Assembly: GCA_964645315.1 (NCBI GenBank) | Contig: CAZYBH010000003.1 | Location: forward strand, 5,789-69,788 | Source of the DNA: an uncultured Candidatus Saccharibacteria bacterium | GTDB taxonomy: Bacteria > Patescibacteriota > Minisyncoccia > Phycocordibacterales > PALSA-1337 | DNA length: 64,000 nt | Direction: 5' to 3' | In this document: positions 18,231 to 29,525 of the stretch, in pieces | Position numbering within the stretch: position 1 is the first letter of the stretch | Layout of the letters: the number at the start of each line of letters is the position of its first letter | The notes under the pieces: model-generated | What the model saw: the letters and a program-made list of their open reading frames with translations, nothing else | What the model was told of the DNA's origin: nothing | The model's database searches: none | Translations under genes and position numbers: made by a program

Positions 18231-18584
18231 CTATTTCTGAAACATCTCAACCTTCTGTTGTTCCCAGACCTTTGTATTATAGATAGTCAAACTCATAGTA
18301 ACAATCAGAGGAATAAGACAGAACATCAAAGCAAACAATGAAAACATCAAACTACTCGAGCTTGCTTGCTTAATTTTTCTCCAAGAAATAATAGTCAAGA
18401 TCACACTGATCAAAAAGATTAGTACTACTCCCCAAAACACAAATCCTCGAGAATCGATACTACTAAACCCTCCACCTATAATGATTCCAAATATAAGAAT
18501 TGCATTACATGGAATTGATATAGCCGACAGTATTGATAATATTCTTGAAATTGATATTTTGTTCATGGGTTTATTATAACCCAA
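18231..18584 (-). CDS. small membrane protein (117 aa, hypothetical)
   Basis: Three hydrophobic helices. Track ORF only. Confidence 0.45.
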   Translation of the reverse strand: MGYNKPMNKISISRILSILSAISIPCNAILIFGIIIGGGFSSIDSRGFVFWGVVLIFLISVILTIISWRKIKQASSSSLMFSLFALMFCLIPLIVTMSLTIYNTKVWEQQKVEMFQK

Positions 18585-18623
18585 AATTTCCTAAATCATA
18601 AAACCTATAGCGCCATTTTAACC

Positions 18624-21347
18624 CTAACCCCTCAAATATTTTTTCAAATACTTACCAGTATAACTATTGGCATTCTTCGCCACATCCTCCGGCGTACCTC
18701 TGGCGACAATATTACCTCCTCTTTCACCGCCTTCAGGACCAATATCGATGATATAGTCGGCATTTTTGATCAAATCCAAATTGTGTTCGATAACTACTAC
18801 GGTATTACCTTTGTCTACGAGCTTAGTCAAAATTTCTATCAACTTCTTCACATCTTCATAATGCAAACCGACTGTCGGCTCATCAAGTAAATAAATAGTC
18901 TTTTGCAAATGTGCACGATAAAGCTCGGAAGAAATCTTGACTCTTTGGGCTTCACCACCGGAGAGTGTCGTAGCAGATTGACCGAGCTTGATATAGCCCA
19001 AACCGACATCCATAAGTGTCTGCAGACGATCCTCGACGGCCGGTATATCTTTGAAAAATTCCAAACCTTCTTCGATAGTCAATTCCAAAACTTCATGAAT
19101 ATTCTTTTTGCGATATTTAATATCCAAAGTCTCTTTCATGAAGCGTTTTCCATTACAAACATCACATGTGACATAGACCGTAGGCAGGAAGTGCATTTCG
19201 ACAGCTATCTCACCATTACCCTCGCAGGCTTCACAGCGACCACCAGGACGATTGAAAGAAAACCTGCTTGCTCCCCAACCACGCGCTCGAGCTTCGGGTT
19301 CGCTGGCAAAAAGATCGCGAATGTGAGTCCATGCGCCGGTATATGTAGCTGGATTTGATCTAGGAGTGCGTCCGATAGGAGACTGATCGATCAGTATTAC
19401 TCTGCCCAAATATTCTGAACCCGTGAATGTTTTGCAATTTACATTTTCATTGCTTCTTACTCTAGCCTCTAGTCTCTTTTGTAAATTTCTATACAAGATC
19501 TCATACATAAGAGACGATTTACCGGATCCCGAGACGCCAGTGATGACATTTAGACTGCCAAGAGGTATATCCGCATCGAGATTTTTTATATTGAATACAT
19601 TACCACCCCGAATAGAAATCTTACCTTTTGGTTGCCTTCTCTCATCTGGAATCGCAATCTTCGATTCACCTCTCAAATACGACAAAGTCAGTGAACCTGT
19701 ATGATTCTTTTTTGCTGTAAGAAGATCCTGCAAATAACCAGAAGCTACCACGCGCCCACCATGGACGCCCGCTCCTGGACCAATATCGACAATATAATCT
19801 GAAGCATACATAGTATCTTCATCATGTTCGACGACTACGATAGTATTGCCCAGATCGCGAAGCCTTATAAGAGTACTGATCAAACGATCATTGTCTCTTT
19901 GATGGAGACCGATAGTCGGTTCATCGAGGACATAGAGAGCGCCGACCAACCCTGAACCAAGTTGTGAGGCAAGACGGATGCGTTGAGCTTCACCTCCAGA
20001 TAGAGTGTGAGCACGACGATCAAGAGTGAGATATTCGATACCGACATTGACCATGAAATGTAATCGTTCCGTTATTTCTTTTAGGACAACTTTTGCAATC
20101 TCTTTTTCTACTGGACTAAGATTTATATTTTTGAAATATTCTTCGGCATTTTCGATTGACAATGAAGTCAAATTGACGATATTTTTGCCATCAATCAAAA
20201 CATTTAATGCCTCTTTGCGTAATCTTGCTCCATTACAAGTCTTACATGGATCATCAGAGAAAATAGTCTCCGTACCCAAACCATTACAAGCTTCGCAAGC
20301 ACCATAAGGTGAATTGAATGAGAATAATCTAGGTTCAATCTCTGGATACGAAAATCCATCGTAAGGACACATAAACTTCACCGACATGAGTTCGCCAGAG
20401 TAATCTTTGTTTTCGCTTGGATACTCGATGCGGATAAGTCCGTCCGCTTCATGAATTGCCCTTTCCAAAGATTCAGATAGACGCTCTTTTGCATTTTCTG
20501 CCATCTTGGCTTCTTCCTCCGTAACTTTATTTTTGCCATCTCCATTTCGGAATTCACTAATGAAAATCTCGTCTACCAACACCTCGATGTCATGTTTTTT
20601 ATTTTTGTCCAAAACAATGCGATCTCGAAGTCTAAATTCTTCTCCATCTATCCTTATCCTCTCATAACCTTTGCCGAGGAAGTCATATAGCATCTGATAA
20701 TATTCACCCTTACGACCCAGGACTACCGGAGCAAATATTCGCAATTTTGCATTGCTAATATCGACACCAAAAACCTTTTTGGCTTTTGTTGTTCTTTCAG
20801 TTATGGTCTCCAAAATTGTTCGCATTATCTCTTCTTTGGAAATTCGGTTTATAGGTCTATTACAAATAAGACAATGTGGCTTACCGACACGAGCATAGAG
20901 CACGCGGAGATAATCGTAAATCTCGGTAATAGTAGCTACTGTCGAGCGAGGATTATTTGATCGTGATTTTTGATCGATAGAAATAGCCGGCGAAAGTCCT
21001 GTGATCTCATCGACATCTGGCTTCTGCATCTTGTGAAGGAATTGGCGGGCATAGGCCGAAAGAGATTCGACATACCTGCGTTGCCCCTCTGCAAAAATAG
21101 TATCGAAAGCAAGAGAAGATTTGCCAGAACCAGAAAGTCCAGTGATAGCAATCATTTTGTTTCGAGGCATTTCGACGGTGATATTTTTGAGATTATGAGT
21201 TCGTGCACCCTTGACCACAATCTTGTCTTCTCGAGAAATATTGGCAGAGGCAGAATTGCGCATAGAGGAATATTCGCGTGCAACGGAATTTGAATTTTGA
21301 TTAGCTGTTTTTTTGCTTGATGACATAACTGGCGGATAATAGCACAA
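18624..21347 (-). CDS. uvrA: excinuclease ABC subunit A
   Basis: Two ABC ATPase modules ([10 protein letters not shown] / [10 protein letters not shown] Walker A, LSGGEAQR signature twice) with interleaved Cys-rich zinc fingers. The start may be the downstream MSSSKK. Confidence 0.9.
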   Translation of the reverse strand: MCYYPPVMSSSKKTANQNSNSVAREYSSMRNSASANISREDKIVVKGARTHNLKNITVEMPRNKMIAITGLSGSGKSSLAFDTIFAEGQRRYVESLSAYARQFLHKMQKPDVDEITGLSPAISIDQKSRSNNPRSTVATITEIYDYLRVLYARVGKPHCLICNRPINRISKEEIMRTILETITERTTKAKKVFGVDISNAKLRIFAPVVLGRKGEYYQMLYDFLGKGYERIRIDGEEFRLRDRIVLDKNKKHDIEVLVDEIFISEFRNGDGKNKVTEEEAKMAENAKERLSESLERAIHEADGLIRIEYPSENKDYSGELMSVKFMCPYDGFSYPEIEPRLFSFNSPYGACEACNGLGTETIFSDDPCKTCNGARLRKEALNVLIDGKNIVNLTSLSIENAEEYFKNINLSPVEKEIAKVVLKEITERLHFMVNVGIEYLTLDRRAHTLSGGEAQRIRLASQLGSGLVGALYVLDEPTIGLHQRDNDRLISTLIRLRDLGNTIVVVEHDEDTMYASDYIVDIGPGAGVHGGRVVASGYLQDLLTAKKNHTGSLTLSYLRGESKIAIPDERRQPKGKISIRGGNVFNIKNLDADIPLGSLNVITGVSGSGKSSLMYEILYRNLQKRLEARVRSNENVNCKTFTGSEYLGRVILIDQSPIGRTPRSNPATYTGAWTHIRDLFASEPEARARGWGASRFSFNRPGGRCEACEGNGEIAVEMHFLPTVYVTCDVCNGKRFMKETLDIKYRKKNIHEVLELTIEEGLEFFKDIPAVEDRLQTLMDVGLGYIKLGQSATTLSGGEAQRVKISSELYRAHLQKTIYLLDEPTVGLHYEDVKKLIEILTKLVDKGNTVVVIEHNLDLIKNADYIIDIGPEGGERGGNIVARGTPEDVAKNANSYTGKYLKKYLRG

Positions 21348-21399
21348 AAAAGCGCACTTGACGAGTCTCTTCGAGGCTTCACCTCGGGGGATTTATAAG

Positions 21400-21422
21400 T
21401 TTGCGAGGTTAAACCTCGCAAA
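21400..21422. promoter_or_regulatory. palindromic motif TTTGCGAGGTT-A-AACCTCGCAAA (copy 1, upstream of uvrA)
   Basis: Perfect 11-bp arms. Variants recur at 24199..24219 and 35305..35325. Confidence 0.5.
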
Positions 21423-21442
21423 AAATATATAAAAGAAAACCC

Positions 21443-24124
21443 TTAGACTAGACCTCGAGAGAAATCTGGTACAACAACAGGACTTTCACCTTTTGAGCGT
21501 TTTTTGATGTCAAATGTAAACTTGTCATTTCGATAGTCAACGGTAATCCTACCTCCCTTCGAGACATCTTGGGCGATCAGATGATTTGCCACTGGTGTCA
21601 GGATCTTGGTCTGTATCAATCTACGCAAAGGTCTTGCTCCGTATTGAGGATTATAACCTTCTTTTGCCAAATATTCGTATACAGAAGGAGTGACTACAAG
21701 ATCGATTTGTTTGTCGGTCAATCTTCGGATGATTTCACCAACCTGTATCTCAACAATTTTCTTGATTGATTCAACATTCAAAATATCAAAGATAATTATA
21801 TCGTCTATACGATTTAGAAATTCTGGACGGAAATAATCCTTGAGAGCAGAATTGATCTTGCTCTTTGCTTCATCATAATTGTCTCGATCACGATTGTCGG
21901 TATTTGCGGCAAAACCCAATTTTTCCATTCTCTGAATATGTTGAGCGCCGATATTGGAAGTCATGATAATAACTGTATTTCGGAAATTGACTGTCCTTCC
22001 CTTGGAATCTGTAAGTTTTCCATTATCAAGAACCTGAAGGAGAATATTGAAAACTTCAGGATGAGCTTTTTCTATTTCATCAAAAAGAATAACAGAATAA
22101 GGTCGATGGCGGACCATTTCGGTCAAACCACCTGATTCATCAAATCCGACATAGCCTGGAGGAGCACCGATCAATTTTGATACGGAATGCTTTTCCATAA
22201 ATTCGGACATATCGACTCTGATCAAAGCTTTTTCATCATTGAATAGAAATTCTGCCAAAGCTTTGGTTAATTCTGTTTTACCGACACCGGTAGGACCGAG
22301 GAAGATAAATGAGCCAATCGGACGATTTGGGTCGGCAATACCAGCTCTCGAACGTCTGATTGTATCTGCGATCTTCTGGACAGCTTCATTTTGACCGACT
22401 ACCCTCTTTTCCAATTCGGCTTCCATCCTTGTAAGCTTGATCGCTTCTGACTCAAGCATCCTTGTGACAGGTATACCTGTCCAACGCGAGACCACATCCG
22501 CTATGTCTTCTGATGTTATCTCTTCTTTTAGAATTCTCCTCGACGCTTGTAGTTTCCTCAAGCGCTTGTTTTTGGTCTCTAACTCTTTTTCTAGACTTGG
22601 AATTTTGCCATAACGAATCTCTGCTGCTCTTGCAAGATCGGAACGAGCTTCTGCCGCTTCTCCTTCTATCCTTATCGCTTCCAATTCTTTTTTGAGTTTC
22701 TTGATACTTGCTATGGTTTCCTTTTCATTTTTCCATTTCAATTCGAGTTCGCTAGTACCTTCCTTTAGGTCTGCGATCTCTTTTTCGATCGCTTGCATTC
22801 TTGCTTTAGCGACTTTGTCACTTTCTTTCTTCAATGCTTCACGCTCAATCTCCAAACGCATAATCTTGCGTCTGGTCTCTTCAAGCTGTGGTGGCATATT
22901 CTCAAGTGAAATCCTGAGAGAAGAAGAAGCTTCGTCTATAAGATCTACTACTTTGTCTGGAAGAAATCTGTCAGCTATATAGCGACTTGCAAGATTGACG
23001 GCCGAAACAATCGCATCATCTGTGATCCTGACACCATGATAAAGCTCGTATTTTTCTTTGAGACCACGCAAGATAGCTATAGCATCCTCGACGCTTGGTT
23101 CATTGACATGGACTGGTTGGAATCTTCTTGTAAGCGCTGGGTCCTTCTCAATATGCTTTTGATATTCTTTGAGTGTAGTCGCTCCGATTGCTCGCAACTC
23201 ACCTCGAGCCAAAGCTGGTTTTAGCATATTTGAAGCGTCCATAGAACCTTCCGATGCACCAGCACCGACAAGAGTATGGATCTCATCTATAAATAAAATA
23301 ATCTTGCCTTCTGATTTTTCTACTTCTTTCAAAATGTTTTTGAGTCTTTCTTCGAATTCTCCGCGATATTTTGTCCCTGCAATAAGAGAACCGAGATCAA
23401 GCGAAACAAGCTCTTTATCCTTCAATGATTCTGGCACATCACCTTGAGCCATACGGATCGCCAAACCTTCGACAATAGCAGTCTTACCTACACCGGCTTC
23501 ACCGATAAGGATCGGATTGTTCTTTGTGCGTCTTGAGAGTATCTGAATAATGCGCATGATTTCAGAATCGCGACCGATCACTGGATCGAGTTTATTTTCG
23601 TGAGCGAGCTTGGTAAGCGATCGTGCATATTTGAATAATGTGCGGAATTTTTTTGGTTCGGCACCTTTTGCATTTGGATTGGCTTTGATCTCATCGATAA
23701 CTTTCGAAACCGCTTGTCTCTCGATCTTGAAACGGGCAAGAATGTCTTTTGCACTACAAGGCACATCGAATATCGACAAGAAAATGTGTTCGGTAGATAT
23801 AAATTCATCTTTGAAACTTGAAGCGATCTTGACCGAATTGTCCAAAATCTGAGCTAGATCTGGAGTGAGATAGATCTGGTATGAAGGTGATAAGACATTG
23901 GAACCCTCGGGTGATTCGATATTTTCCAAGACAACATCGATAAGCATCGGGGTATCGATCTCCAACTTATCCAAAATAGAAGCAACCATGCTTTCCTCCT
24001 GCAACACCAAAGCACAAAGCAAGTGAATAGGATTTACATGGTTTTGTCCCCTTTCTATGGCCAATTCATGGGCTCTCCTGAGCGCTTCTTTGGCTTTTGT
24101 AGTCAGTTTATTCAATGGAGGCAT
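21443..24124 (-). CDS. clpB: ATP-dependent chaperone ClpB
   Basis: Clp_N repeat, two AAA+ modules ([17 protein letters not shown]), and a long coiled-coil M-domain between them. Confidence 0.9.
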   Translation of the reverse strand: MPPLNKLTTKAKEALRRAHELAIERGQNHVNPIHLLCALVLQEESMVASILDKLEIDTPMLIDVVLENIESPEGSNVLSPSYQIYLTPDLAQILDNSVKIASSFKDEFISTEHIFLSIFDVPCSAKDILARFKIERQAVSKVIDEIKANPNAKGAEPKKFRTLFKYARSLTKLAHENKLDPVIGRDSEIMRIIQILSRRTKNNPILIGEAGVGKTAIVEGLAIRMAQGDVPESLKDKELVSLDLGSLIAGTKYRGEFEERLKNILKEVEKSEGKIILFIDEIHTLVGAGASEGSMDASNMLKPALARGELRAIGATTLKEYQKHIEKDPALTRRFQPVHVNEPSVEDAIAILRGLKEKYELYHGVRITDDAIVSAVNLASRYIADRFLPDKVVDLIDEASSSLRISLENMPPQLEETRRKIMRLEIEREALKKESDKVAKARMQAIEKEIADLKEGTSELELKWKNEKETIASIKKLKKELEAIRIEGEAAEARSDLARAAEIRYGKIPSLEKELETKNKRLRKLQASRRILKEEITSEDIADVVSRWTGIPVTRMLESEAIKLTRMEAELEKRVVGQNEAVQKIADTIRRSRAGIADPNRPIGSFIFLGPTGVGKTELTKALAEFLFNDEKALIRVDMSEFMEKHSVSKLIGAPPGYVGFDESGGLTEMVRHRPYSVILFDEIEKAHPEVFNILLQVLDNGKLTDSKGRTVNFRNTVIIMTSNIGAQHIQRMEKLGFAANTDNRDRDNYDEAKSKINSALKDYFRPEFLNRIDDIIIFDILNVESIKKIVEIQVGEIIRRLTDKQIDLVVTPSVYEYLAKEGYNPQYGARPLRRLIQTKILTPVANHLIAQDVSKGGRITVDYRNDKFTFDIKKRSKGESPVVVPDFSRGLV

Positions 24125-24198
24125 AACAACATACTAATACAGAAATATAGCCATAGTCAATCTGCCCCGAGGTGAAACATCGGGTGTTCTATGTTCTA

Positions 24199-24219
24199 TT
24201 GAGAGGTTAAACCTCACAA
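24199..24219. promoter_or_regulatory. palindromic motif copy 2 (TTGAGAGGTT-A-AACCTCACAA), 75 bp upstream of clpB start
   Basis: Same motif as 21400..21422 with one mismatch per arm. An adjacent CCCCGAGGTG sub-motif is also shared with copy 1 in reverse orientation. Confidence 0.5.
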
Positions 24220-24221
24220 AG

Positions 24222-25457
24222 TTAGCTAAAAGAAATTTTCTTCATCTCAACCTTCCCAGTCCTACGATCTTTGACTTCATATGAATCATCCTTTAGAGTT
24301 TTGTCGCTAATGACATAGCGCACTGGAATACCAATAAGGTCTGAATCGCCAAATTTCTCACCAGCACTGCAATCCCTATCATCATACAAAACCTCGATAT
24401 TTTGCGACGATAATCTGGCATACATTTCATCGGCAACTTTTTTGACTTCACCATTTTCATTGAACAAAGCTACAAGATGTACAGCAAATGGAGCGATATT
24501 GTCAGGCCAGACCAGGCCTTTTTCGTCAGACCAGATCTCCGCCACTGTACCCATGAGGCGTGCAGGACCGATACCATAGCTTCCCATTATTACCGGTTTA
24601 TTTTTGCCGTCTTGATCTTTGAAATTTAGACCGATCGCATCTGAAAATTTTGTCCCGAGACTAAAGATATTTCCCACTTCAACGGCTTTGCGTTCGACAA
24701 GATCTTCCCTCTTTATACCCAAATCTTGCAAGACTTCATCTTTCAAAACTTCCTTATTGACAGCAATCTTCTTGCCTTCATGCAAATATATAGTATCTTC
24801 ACCTGCATCAGTCACCGCCTGAAATTCGTGAGAATATTTGGAAAATGAACCTCCAGCAGCAAATGTCACATAAGTCTCAGCCCCCAAACCACAACGATCA
24901 AATATTCTGATATAAGCCTTCTTGGCTTGCTCATAAAATTCTAGATGAGAGGCTTCGTCAACATTGAAAGAATACAAATCTTTCATGATGAACTCTCTTG
25001 AACGCATAATCCCAGACTTGGCACGTTCTTCATTTCGAAATTTTGTCTGAAATTGGTAAACGGCGCGAGGTAGGTCTCGGAATGATCTCACATGATCGCG
25101 CATAAGGGCTGTAAGTGGCTCTTCGTGAGTAAAAGCTAGACCGAGCTCAGTGCCATTTTTGAGCTTGGTGCGAAACCAATTGTCTACCACCTCTTCACTC
25201 CATCTACCACTCTTTTCCCAATTTGTCTTTTCTTGTAATGCAGTAAGGAAGACTTCGACACCGCCGATAGAATTCATCTCTTCTCTTATGATGGCAATAA
25301 TTTTGTTTAGGGTGCGGAGACCAAGCGGAAGCATAGAATAGACTCCCGCCATTTCTTTGTGAATAAAACCAGCTCGAATGAGTAATTGAGCATTCTTAGC
25401 CACCTCGTCTTTTGGTCCTTCGCGTCTCGTCTTGGTAAATAATTGACTTTGTTTCAT
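24222..25457 (-). CDS. proS: prolyl-tRNA synthetase (minimal form without editing insertion)
   Basis: Class II motifs: LLIRAGFI...GVYSMLPLG, MRSREFIMKDLYSF (motif 2), GSYGIGPARL (motif 3). Confidence 0.85.
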   Translation of the reverse strand: MKQSQLFTKTRREGPKDEVAKNAQLLIRAGFIHKEMAGVYSMLPLGLRTLNKIIAIIREEMNSIGGVEVFLTALQEKTNWEKSGRWSEEVVDNWFRTKLKNGTELGLAFTHEEPLTALMRDHVRSFRDLPRAVYQFQTKFRNEERAKSGIMRSREFIMKDLYSFNVDEASHLEFYEQAKKAYIRIFDRCGLGAETYVTFAAGGSFSKYSHEFQAVTDAGEDTIYLHEGKKIAVNKEVLKDEVLQDLGIKREDLVERKAVEVGNIFSLGTKFSDAIGLNFKDQDGKNKPVIMGSYGIGPARLMGTVAEIWSDEKGLVWPDNIAPFAVHLVALFNENGEVKKVADEMYARLSSQNIEVLYDDRDCSAGEKFGDSDLIGIPVRYVISDKTLKDDSYEVKDRRTGKVEMKKISFS

Positions 25458-25468
25458 TTGAATAATAC

Positions 25469-26557
25469 TTACTTGAGTATTTTAACAATATCTTTGTAAG
25501 TTACAATAATCATTAATAGCATAAGCAAAACAAAACCGACAGTGTTGATAGAATTCGCATAGATCGGTTTTATTTTGCGTCTGGTAACGCTCTCTATAAT
25601 TACAAACAAAACTCTACCTCCATCAAGAGCTGGAAATGGTATAAGATTGATGACACCAAGATTGATCGAGATGAGAGCGGTGATCATAAGTAAATATGCC
25701 ATACCGAGACCGGCCGCATCTCCTACAATACCAGCAATACCTACTGGACCCGAGACATCAGAGAAATTTGCTTGGCCTCGAAATATATTGCCAAAAAAAT
25801 CATACAAACCAAATACCGTCTCTTTCATCATAAAATAAGTATAATAGCCACCCTCATAAATCGCAGAATATATAGGTAATCGTATATCGACTGTATCGCT
25901 CATCGCTATACCGATAGCATATTTGTCACTGACAATGCCTTTTTCTGGTATAGCACTAGTCTCAAGATCTTGACCCTGGCGAGTGTAAGCAATCTTCAGA
26001 GGTTTGGCAGTGCCATTATTTATCACCGATTGTATATCTTCTATTTTGGAATTTTTGGGATCTTCTATATATCTTATTGTGTCACCAATCCTAAGTCCGG
26101 CTTTTTGGGCAGGAGAATCTGGCGTGACAATAGTGATCATCACTCGCTCGTTTTTGAAATTTTCTTTGTATTGCTCGAAGCCATCTTTTGTCGCGGTGAC
26201 TCCGATACTAAATACAAGTGCATATAGCAACCAAGCAAAGAGAAAATTGAACAGTACACCAGCGACCAAAACGGAGACTTGTTGCCACGGCTTCTTGTTT
26301 ACGAAACTTCTACCGTGATCTCTACCGCTAATTGATTCGTCATCGGGATTTTCGCCATGAATTTTGACATAACCGCCAAATGGTATGAGATTTACACCGT
26401 ACTTTGTCTCACCTCTCTGCCAAGAAAACAGTCGTGGACCAAAGCCAATCTTGAATTCATCTACTCTAATTTTGTTCCACAAGGCAAAAAGAAAGTGTCC
26501 CAATTCATGGACGAATATAAGTACCGCAAGAACTATAATAAATATTAGAACTGTCAT
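25469..26557 (-). CDS. rseP: site-2 protease / M50 zinc metalloprotease RseP-like with PDZ domain
   Basis: HELGHF (HExxH) in TM1. PDZ-like GDTIRYI. C-terminal LDGG motif. Confidence 0.85.
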   Translation of the reverse strand: MTVLIFIIVLAVLIFVHELGHFLFALWNKIRVDEFKIGFGPRLFSWQRGETKYGVNLIPFGGYVKIHGENPDDESISGRDHGRSFVNKKPWQQVSVLVAGVLFNFLFAWLLYALVFSIGVTATKDGFEQYKENFKNERVMITIVTPDSPAQKAGLRIGDTIRYIEDPKNSKIEDIQSVINNGTAKPLKIAYTRQGQDLETSAIPEKGIVSDKYAIGIAMSDTVDIRLPIYSAIYEGGYYTYFMMKETVFGLYDFFGNIFRGQANFSDVSGPVGIAGIVGDAAGLGMAYLLMITALISINLGVINLIPFPALDGGRVLFVIIESVTRRKIKPIYANSINTVGFVLLMLLMIIVTYKDIVKILK

Positions 26558-26558
26558 T

Positions 26559-27110
26559 TTAACCTAGGATTTCTTTTTCTTTTTTGGAATAATGGTCGTC
26601 GAGCTTCTTATTTGTATCATCGACGAGCTTTTGGGTATCGTTTTTGAGACGGAAGATCTCATCCTTGCCATAACCACCATCCTTCTCCTTGTTCTGTAGA
26701 TCTTTGATAATCGAATCGCGATGACCCCTGACTTGCTTCTTTGCTTCTTCAAGTCTATCTTTTGCAGTCTTGGCAATGTCTTTGCGTCTATCTGCGGTAA
26801 GTTCTGGGAAATTGATCCTCAATCCCTGATCATCGACGACGACAGATAGACCGAGATTTGCTACTGTAATGGCCTTTTCGATGTCTTTTGATTGACTTTT
26901 GTCCCAAGGAACAATCCTCAATGTCCTAGCACCTTCGATAGTGACGCTTGCGAGCTCTTTGAGTGACATCGGCGCACCATAGACTTCGACTTTGACCCCA
27001 TCAAGTATCTGAGGTGAAGCCTGTCCAGTCCTTATCTGAGAAAACTCCTTTTTGAGCCAATCTTCGGCACCTGCTAGCTGTTTTTTGAATGGGTTGAAAT
27101 CGTATGCCAT
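26559..27110 (-). CDS. frr: ribosome recycling factor
   Basis: QIRTGQASPQILDGVKVEVYG is characteristic of RRF. 183 aa. Confidence 0.9.
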   Translation of the reverse strand: MAYDFNPFKKQLAGAEDWLKKEFSQIRTGQASPQILDGVKVEVYGAPMSLKELASVTIEGARTLRIVPWDKSQSKDIEKAITVANLGLSVVVDDQGLRINFPELTADRRKDIAKTAKDRLEEAKKQVRGHRDSIIKDLQNKEKDGGYGKDEIFRLKNDTQKLVDDTNKKLDDHYSKKEKEILG

Positions 27111-27212
27111 ATATTTTATTTAATGATAATGTAACTATAGTATATCACAAGAATGAATTATCAAGTTTTTATTTGAACCTAAGCTGAATTTGTTATTTTT
27201 ATTTGACCAGAC

Positions 27213-27379
27213 TTGACCCAAGAGGAGGTGTGTTTTTTATTTTTTTGTGACAACGAGTTATGCGATTGGTGCGTCAGTCTACTAAACATTCAGGCAGAAG
27301 ATTGTTTGCATACCAAGAACTCGGATGAGTAATACGCAGTTGCACAAAAAAATAAAAAACACACCTCCTCTTGGGTCAA
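27213..27379. repeat. perfect 37-bp inverted repeat flanking a 93-nt spacer (MITE-like or large RNA hairpin)
   Basis: Left arm 27213..27249 is ttgacccaagaggaggtgtgttttttatttttttgtg. Right arm 27343..27379 is its exact reverse complement. The arms carry SD-like (AAGAGGAGGTG) and anti-SD-like (CACCTCCTCTT) sequences. Confidence 0.8.
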
Positions 27380-27402
27380 TCAATAGTATTGCAAAATGTA
27401 AG

Positions 27403-28092
27403 TTAAATGCTCAAAGCTAAATATTCCAAAAGCATTTTTAGCGATGGTGCTCGGTCATTTATATAACGATTGACTATACTAATATTTTCCAACTTCTTAG
27501 CATTTGCAACCAATTTATTTTCATTATGTAAGATCTCTTCCAATCTTTGGACAAATAGAATTGCATAATGTTTGGATATTTTGTCCTTCGAAATATCATC
27601 ACAAATCTTTTTTACCATCTCCAATCTTTTTGCCTTATTTTGCTTAATAAATTTTGTAACCAAATCAGTCAATTCGACTTCATTACTTTCCACATCCCGA
27701 TCATATTCCAAAAAATATAACCTCGATCGCACTGTAGGCAAAAGCAATCCAGCACTCGGTACAACTATGAAAAAGTGAGCATAGCCCGCGGGTTCTTCCA
27801 ATAGTTTGAGTAAAGCATTTTGCGCTTCCACTGTAATATTTTGAAAAAATAAAATAAAAATCTTTTTTGAATTTACTCCGATAGGCTTAGTTTCATGAAG
27901 ATTTTTGATATGTCTAGCGTCATCGATAGTGAAATTTTCGTATTTATTTGAAATAAAATCCGGATTTCCTTCTTTTTTAATTTCAAAATCACTGACCAAA
28001 ACCTGACAGAGCAAATCTACACTAGACTCATCCCCAATAAGTCCGTATGAATTTAATTCTAAATTATTCAGTTCTAATTTTATCTTTTGCAT
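27403..28092 (-). CDS. holB: DNA polymerase III delta' subunit-like (clamp-loader subunit without Walker A)
   Basis: ALLKLLEEPAGYAHFFIVVPSAGLLLPTVRSRL resembles the LLKTLEEPP...I.SRC clamp-loader motif. Confidence 0.65.
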   Translation of the reverse strand: MQKIKLELNNLELNSYGLIGDESSVDLLCQVLVSDFEIKKEGNPDFISNKYENFTIDDARHIKNLHETKPIGVNSKKIFILFFQNITVEAQNALLKLLEEPAGYAHFFIVVPSAGLLLPTVRSRLYFLEYDRDVESNEVELTDLVTKFIKQNKAKRLEMVKKICDDISKDKISKHYAILFVQRLEEILHNENKLVANAKKLENISIVNRYINDRAPSLKMLLEYLALSI

Positions 28093-28105
28093 AGGCGTAG
28101 GAGGG

Positions 28106-29119
28106 TTACCTCTTAGAAATCATCGCCTTCTTATATACATCCAAATGCTCAAGTGCTATACCCGTACCCTTGACCACGCAATATAGAGGCTCTTCTGCAA
28201 GCTTAGCTTTGACTCCCGTCCTACGGAAAACTAATTCTGGTAAATTTCTAAGCATAGAAGATCCGCCAGTGAGAGTGATGCCCTGATCTATTATATCAGC
28301 CGCCAACTCTGGCGGTGTATCTTGCAAAACATCACGAATAGCCTTGATCATATCCCGAAGCGGATTTGCCAAAGCTTTGACTATCTCATTTGTCTTGATC
28401 TCTACAGATCTTGGCAGACCGGAGATATAATCACGTCCTTTGACCATCATACCCAACTCTTGGTCGAGCGGTACCGCCGAACCTATCTCAATCTTGATGA
28501 TTTCGGACATATGATCTCCGATAGCCAAATTAAAATTCTTTTTGATGTAATCTGCAATAGCTAAGTCCATTTTGTTTCCCGCGCATTTGACCGACGTCGA
28601 AGAGACTATACCTCCAAGAGATATCACCGCCACATCAGTCGTACCGCCACCGATATCGACGACCATATGACCCCGCGCCTCATTGATCGGTATACCGGCA
28701 CCGATCGCCGCAAGGACCGGCTCTTTGACTACATAAGCGTTTTTTGCTCCGGCTTTGATAGTGGCTTCGATGACCGCCCTTCTCTCGGTCGAACTTATGC
28801 CAGCTGGTACAGATACGATAATATCAGGACGAAAAAATGAATACTTACCCAAAGCCTTATCTATGAAATATCTAAGCATTGCCTCTGTGATGTGATAATC
28901 AGCGATCACTCCATCGCGCATCGGACGATAGGCGATGATATCATCTGGAGTCCTTCCGATCATTTCCTTGGCCTCATTGCCCACTGCCAAGACTTTTTTT
29001 TCGGTCTCGGAGATAGCGACCACAGAAGGCTCATTGAGGACTATGCCTTTCTTGGGAACGTAGACAAGGGTATTTGCCGTACCCAAATCGATTCCAAGTT
29101 TTGGAGAAAAAAAGCTCAT
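28106..29119 (-). CDS. mreB: rod shape-determining protein MreB
   Basis: GIDLGTANTLVYV N-terminus and actin-fold motifs (DIGGGTTD). Confidence 0.9.
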   Translation of the reverse strand: MSFFSPKLGIDLGTANTLVYVPKKGIVLNEPSVVAISETEKKVLAVGNEAKEMIGRTPDDIIAYRPMRDGVIADYHITEAMLRYFIDKALGKYSFFRPDIIVSVPAGISSTERRAVIEATIKAGAKNAYVVKEPVLAAIGAGIPINEARGHMVVDIGGGTTDVAVISLGGIVSSTSVKCAGNKMDLAIADYIKKNFNLAIGDHMSEIIKIEIGSAVPLDQELGMMVKGRDYISGLPRSVEIKTNEIVKALANPLRDMIKAIRDVLQDTPPELAADIIDQGITLTGGSSMLRNLPELVFRRTGVKAKLAEEPLYCVVKGTGIALEHLDVYKKAMISKR

Positions 29120-29221
29120 AGGGTGATGTTATCATACATTTACCTTGGTGCAATATGGACAGAACCGAGAAATATTAAGAAATTGACCAAATTAAAATTT
29201 AGGAGTATTTTTGATAAAGAT

Positions 29222-29473
29222 ATGAATATTCACTTCGACCCAGCACTTATCGTCTGTGCTTTGATCCTGATCTTCATGGTATTGTACCTCCGAAACAGGA
29301 TCTCTGGCACGAAGCCGACGAAAGAAGACTTCGGTTTGGAAATCGAGATAGCGATCATGAGTGCGCTTCTCAATCTGACACTCTTACTTCTCATTGCCAC
29401 CATCGTGGCTATGTTCATCAACCAAGACCCCGCCATCCGGCGGTGGTTTTTGTTGTTGAAAAGTTTTTACTAG
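29222..29473 (+). CDS. small membrane protein (84 aa)
   Basis: Internal ATG of track ORF 28892..29473, which would otherwise overlap mreB antisense. Two TM helices. Confidence 0.4.
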   Translation: MNIHFDPALIVCALILIFMVLYLRNRISGTKPTKEDFGLEIEIAIMSALLNLTLLLLIATIVAMFINQDPAIRRWFLLLKSFY

Positions 29474-29525
29474 CGCTTATTTAAGCGTAGAACCGGATAA
29501 ATAGTTCACTAAACAAAAGTCTCGA

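Noticed and set aside
18903-21293. Track ORFs inside or antisense to uvrA (18903..19358, 19423..19704, 20026..20307, 20936..21151, 20970..21293, 21152..21421)
   Set aside because: They lie within a strongly supported ABC-ATPase gene and have low-complexity translations and no independent signals. The 21152..21421 ORF would read through the palindromic motif.
21400-21422. Interpreting the recurring palindromes as intrinsic terminators
   Set aside because: None of the three copies is followed by a U-run on either strand. Copy 3 overlaps a promoter -35 region. Operator-like behaviour is more consistent.
28892-29473. 193-aa track ORF overlapping mreB
   Set aside because: Its first 110 codons are antisense to mreB. 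Only the ATG at 29222 onward (84 aa, hydrophobic) is plausible.
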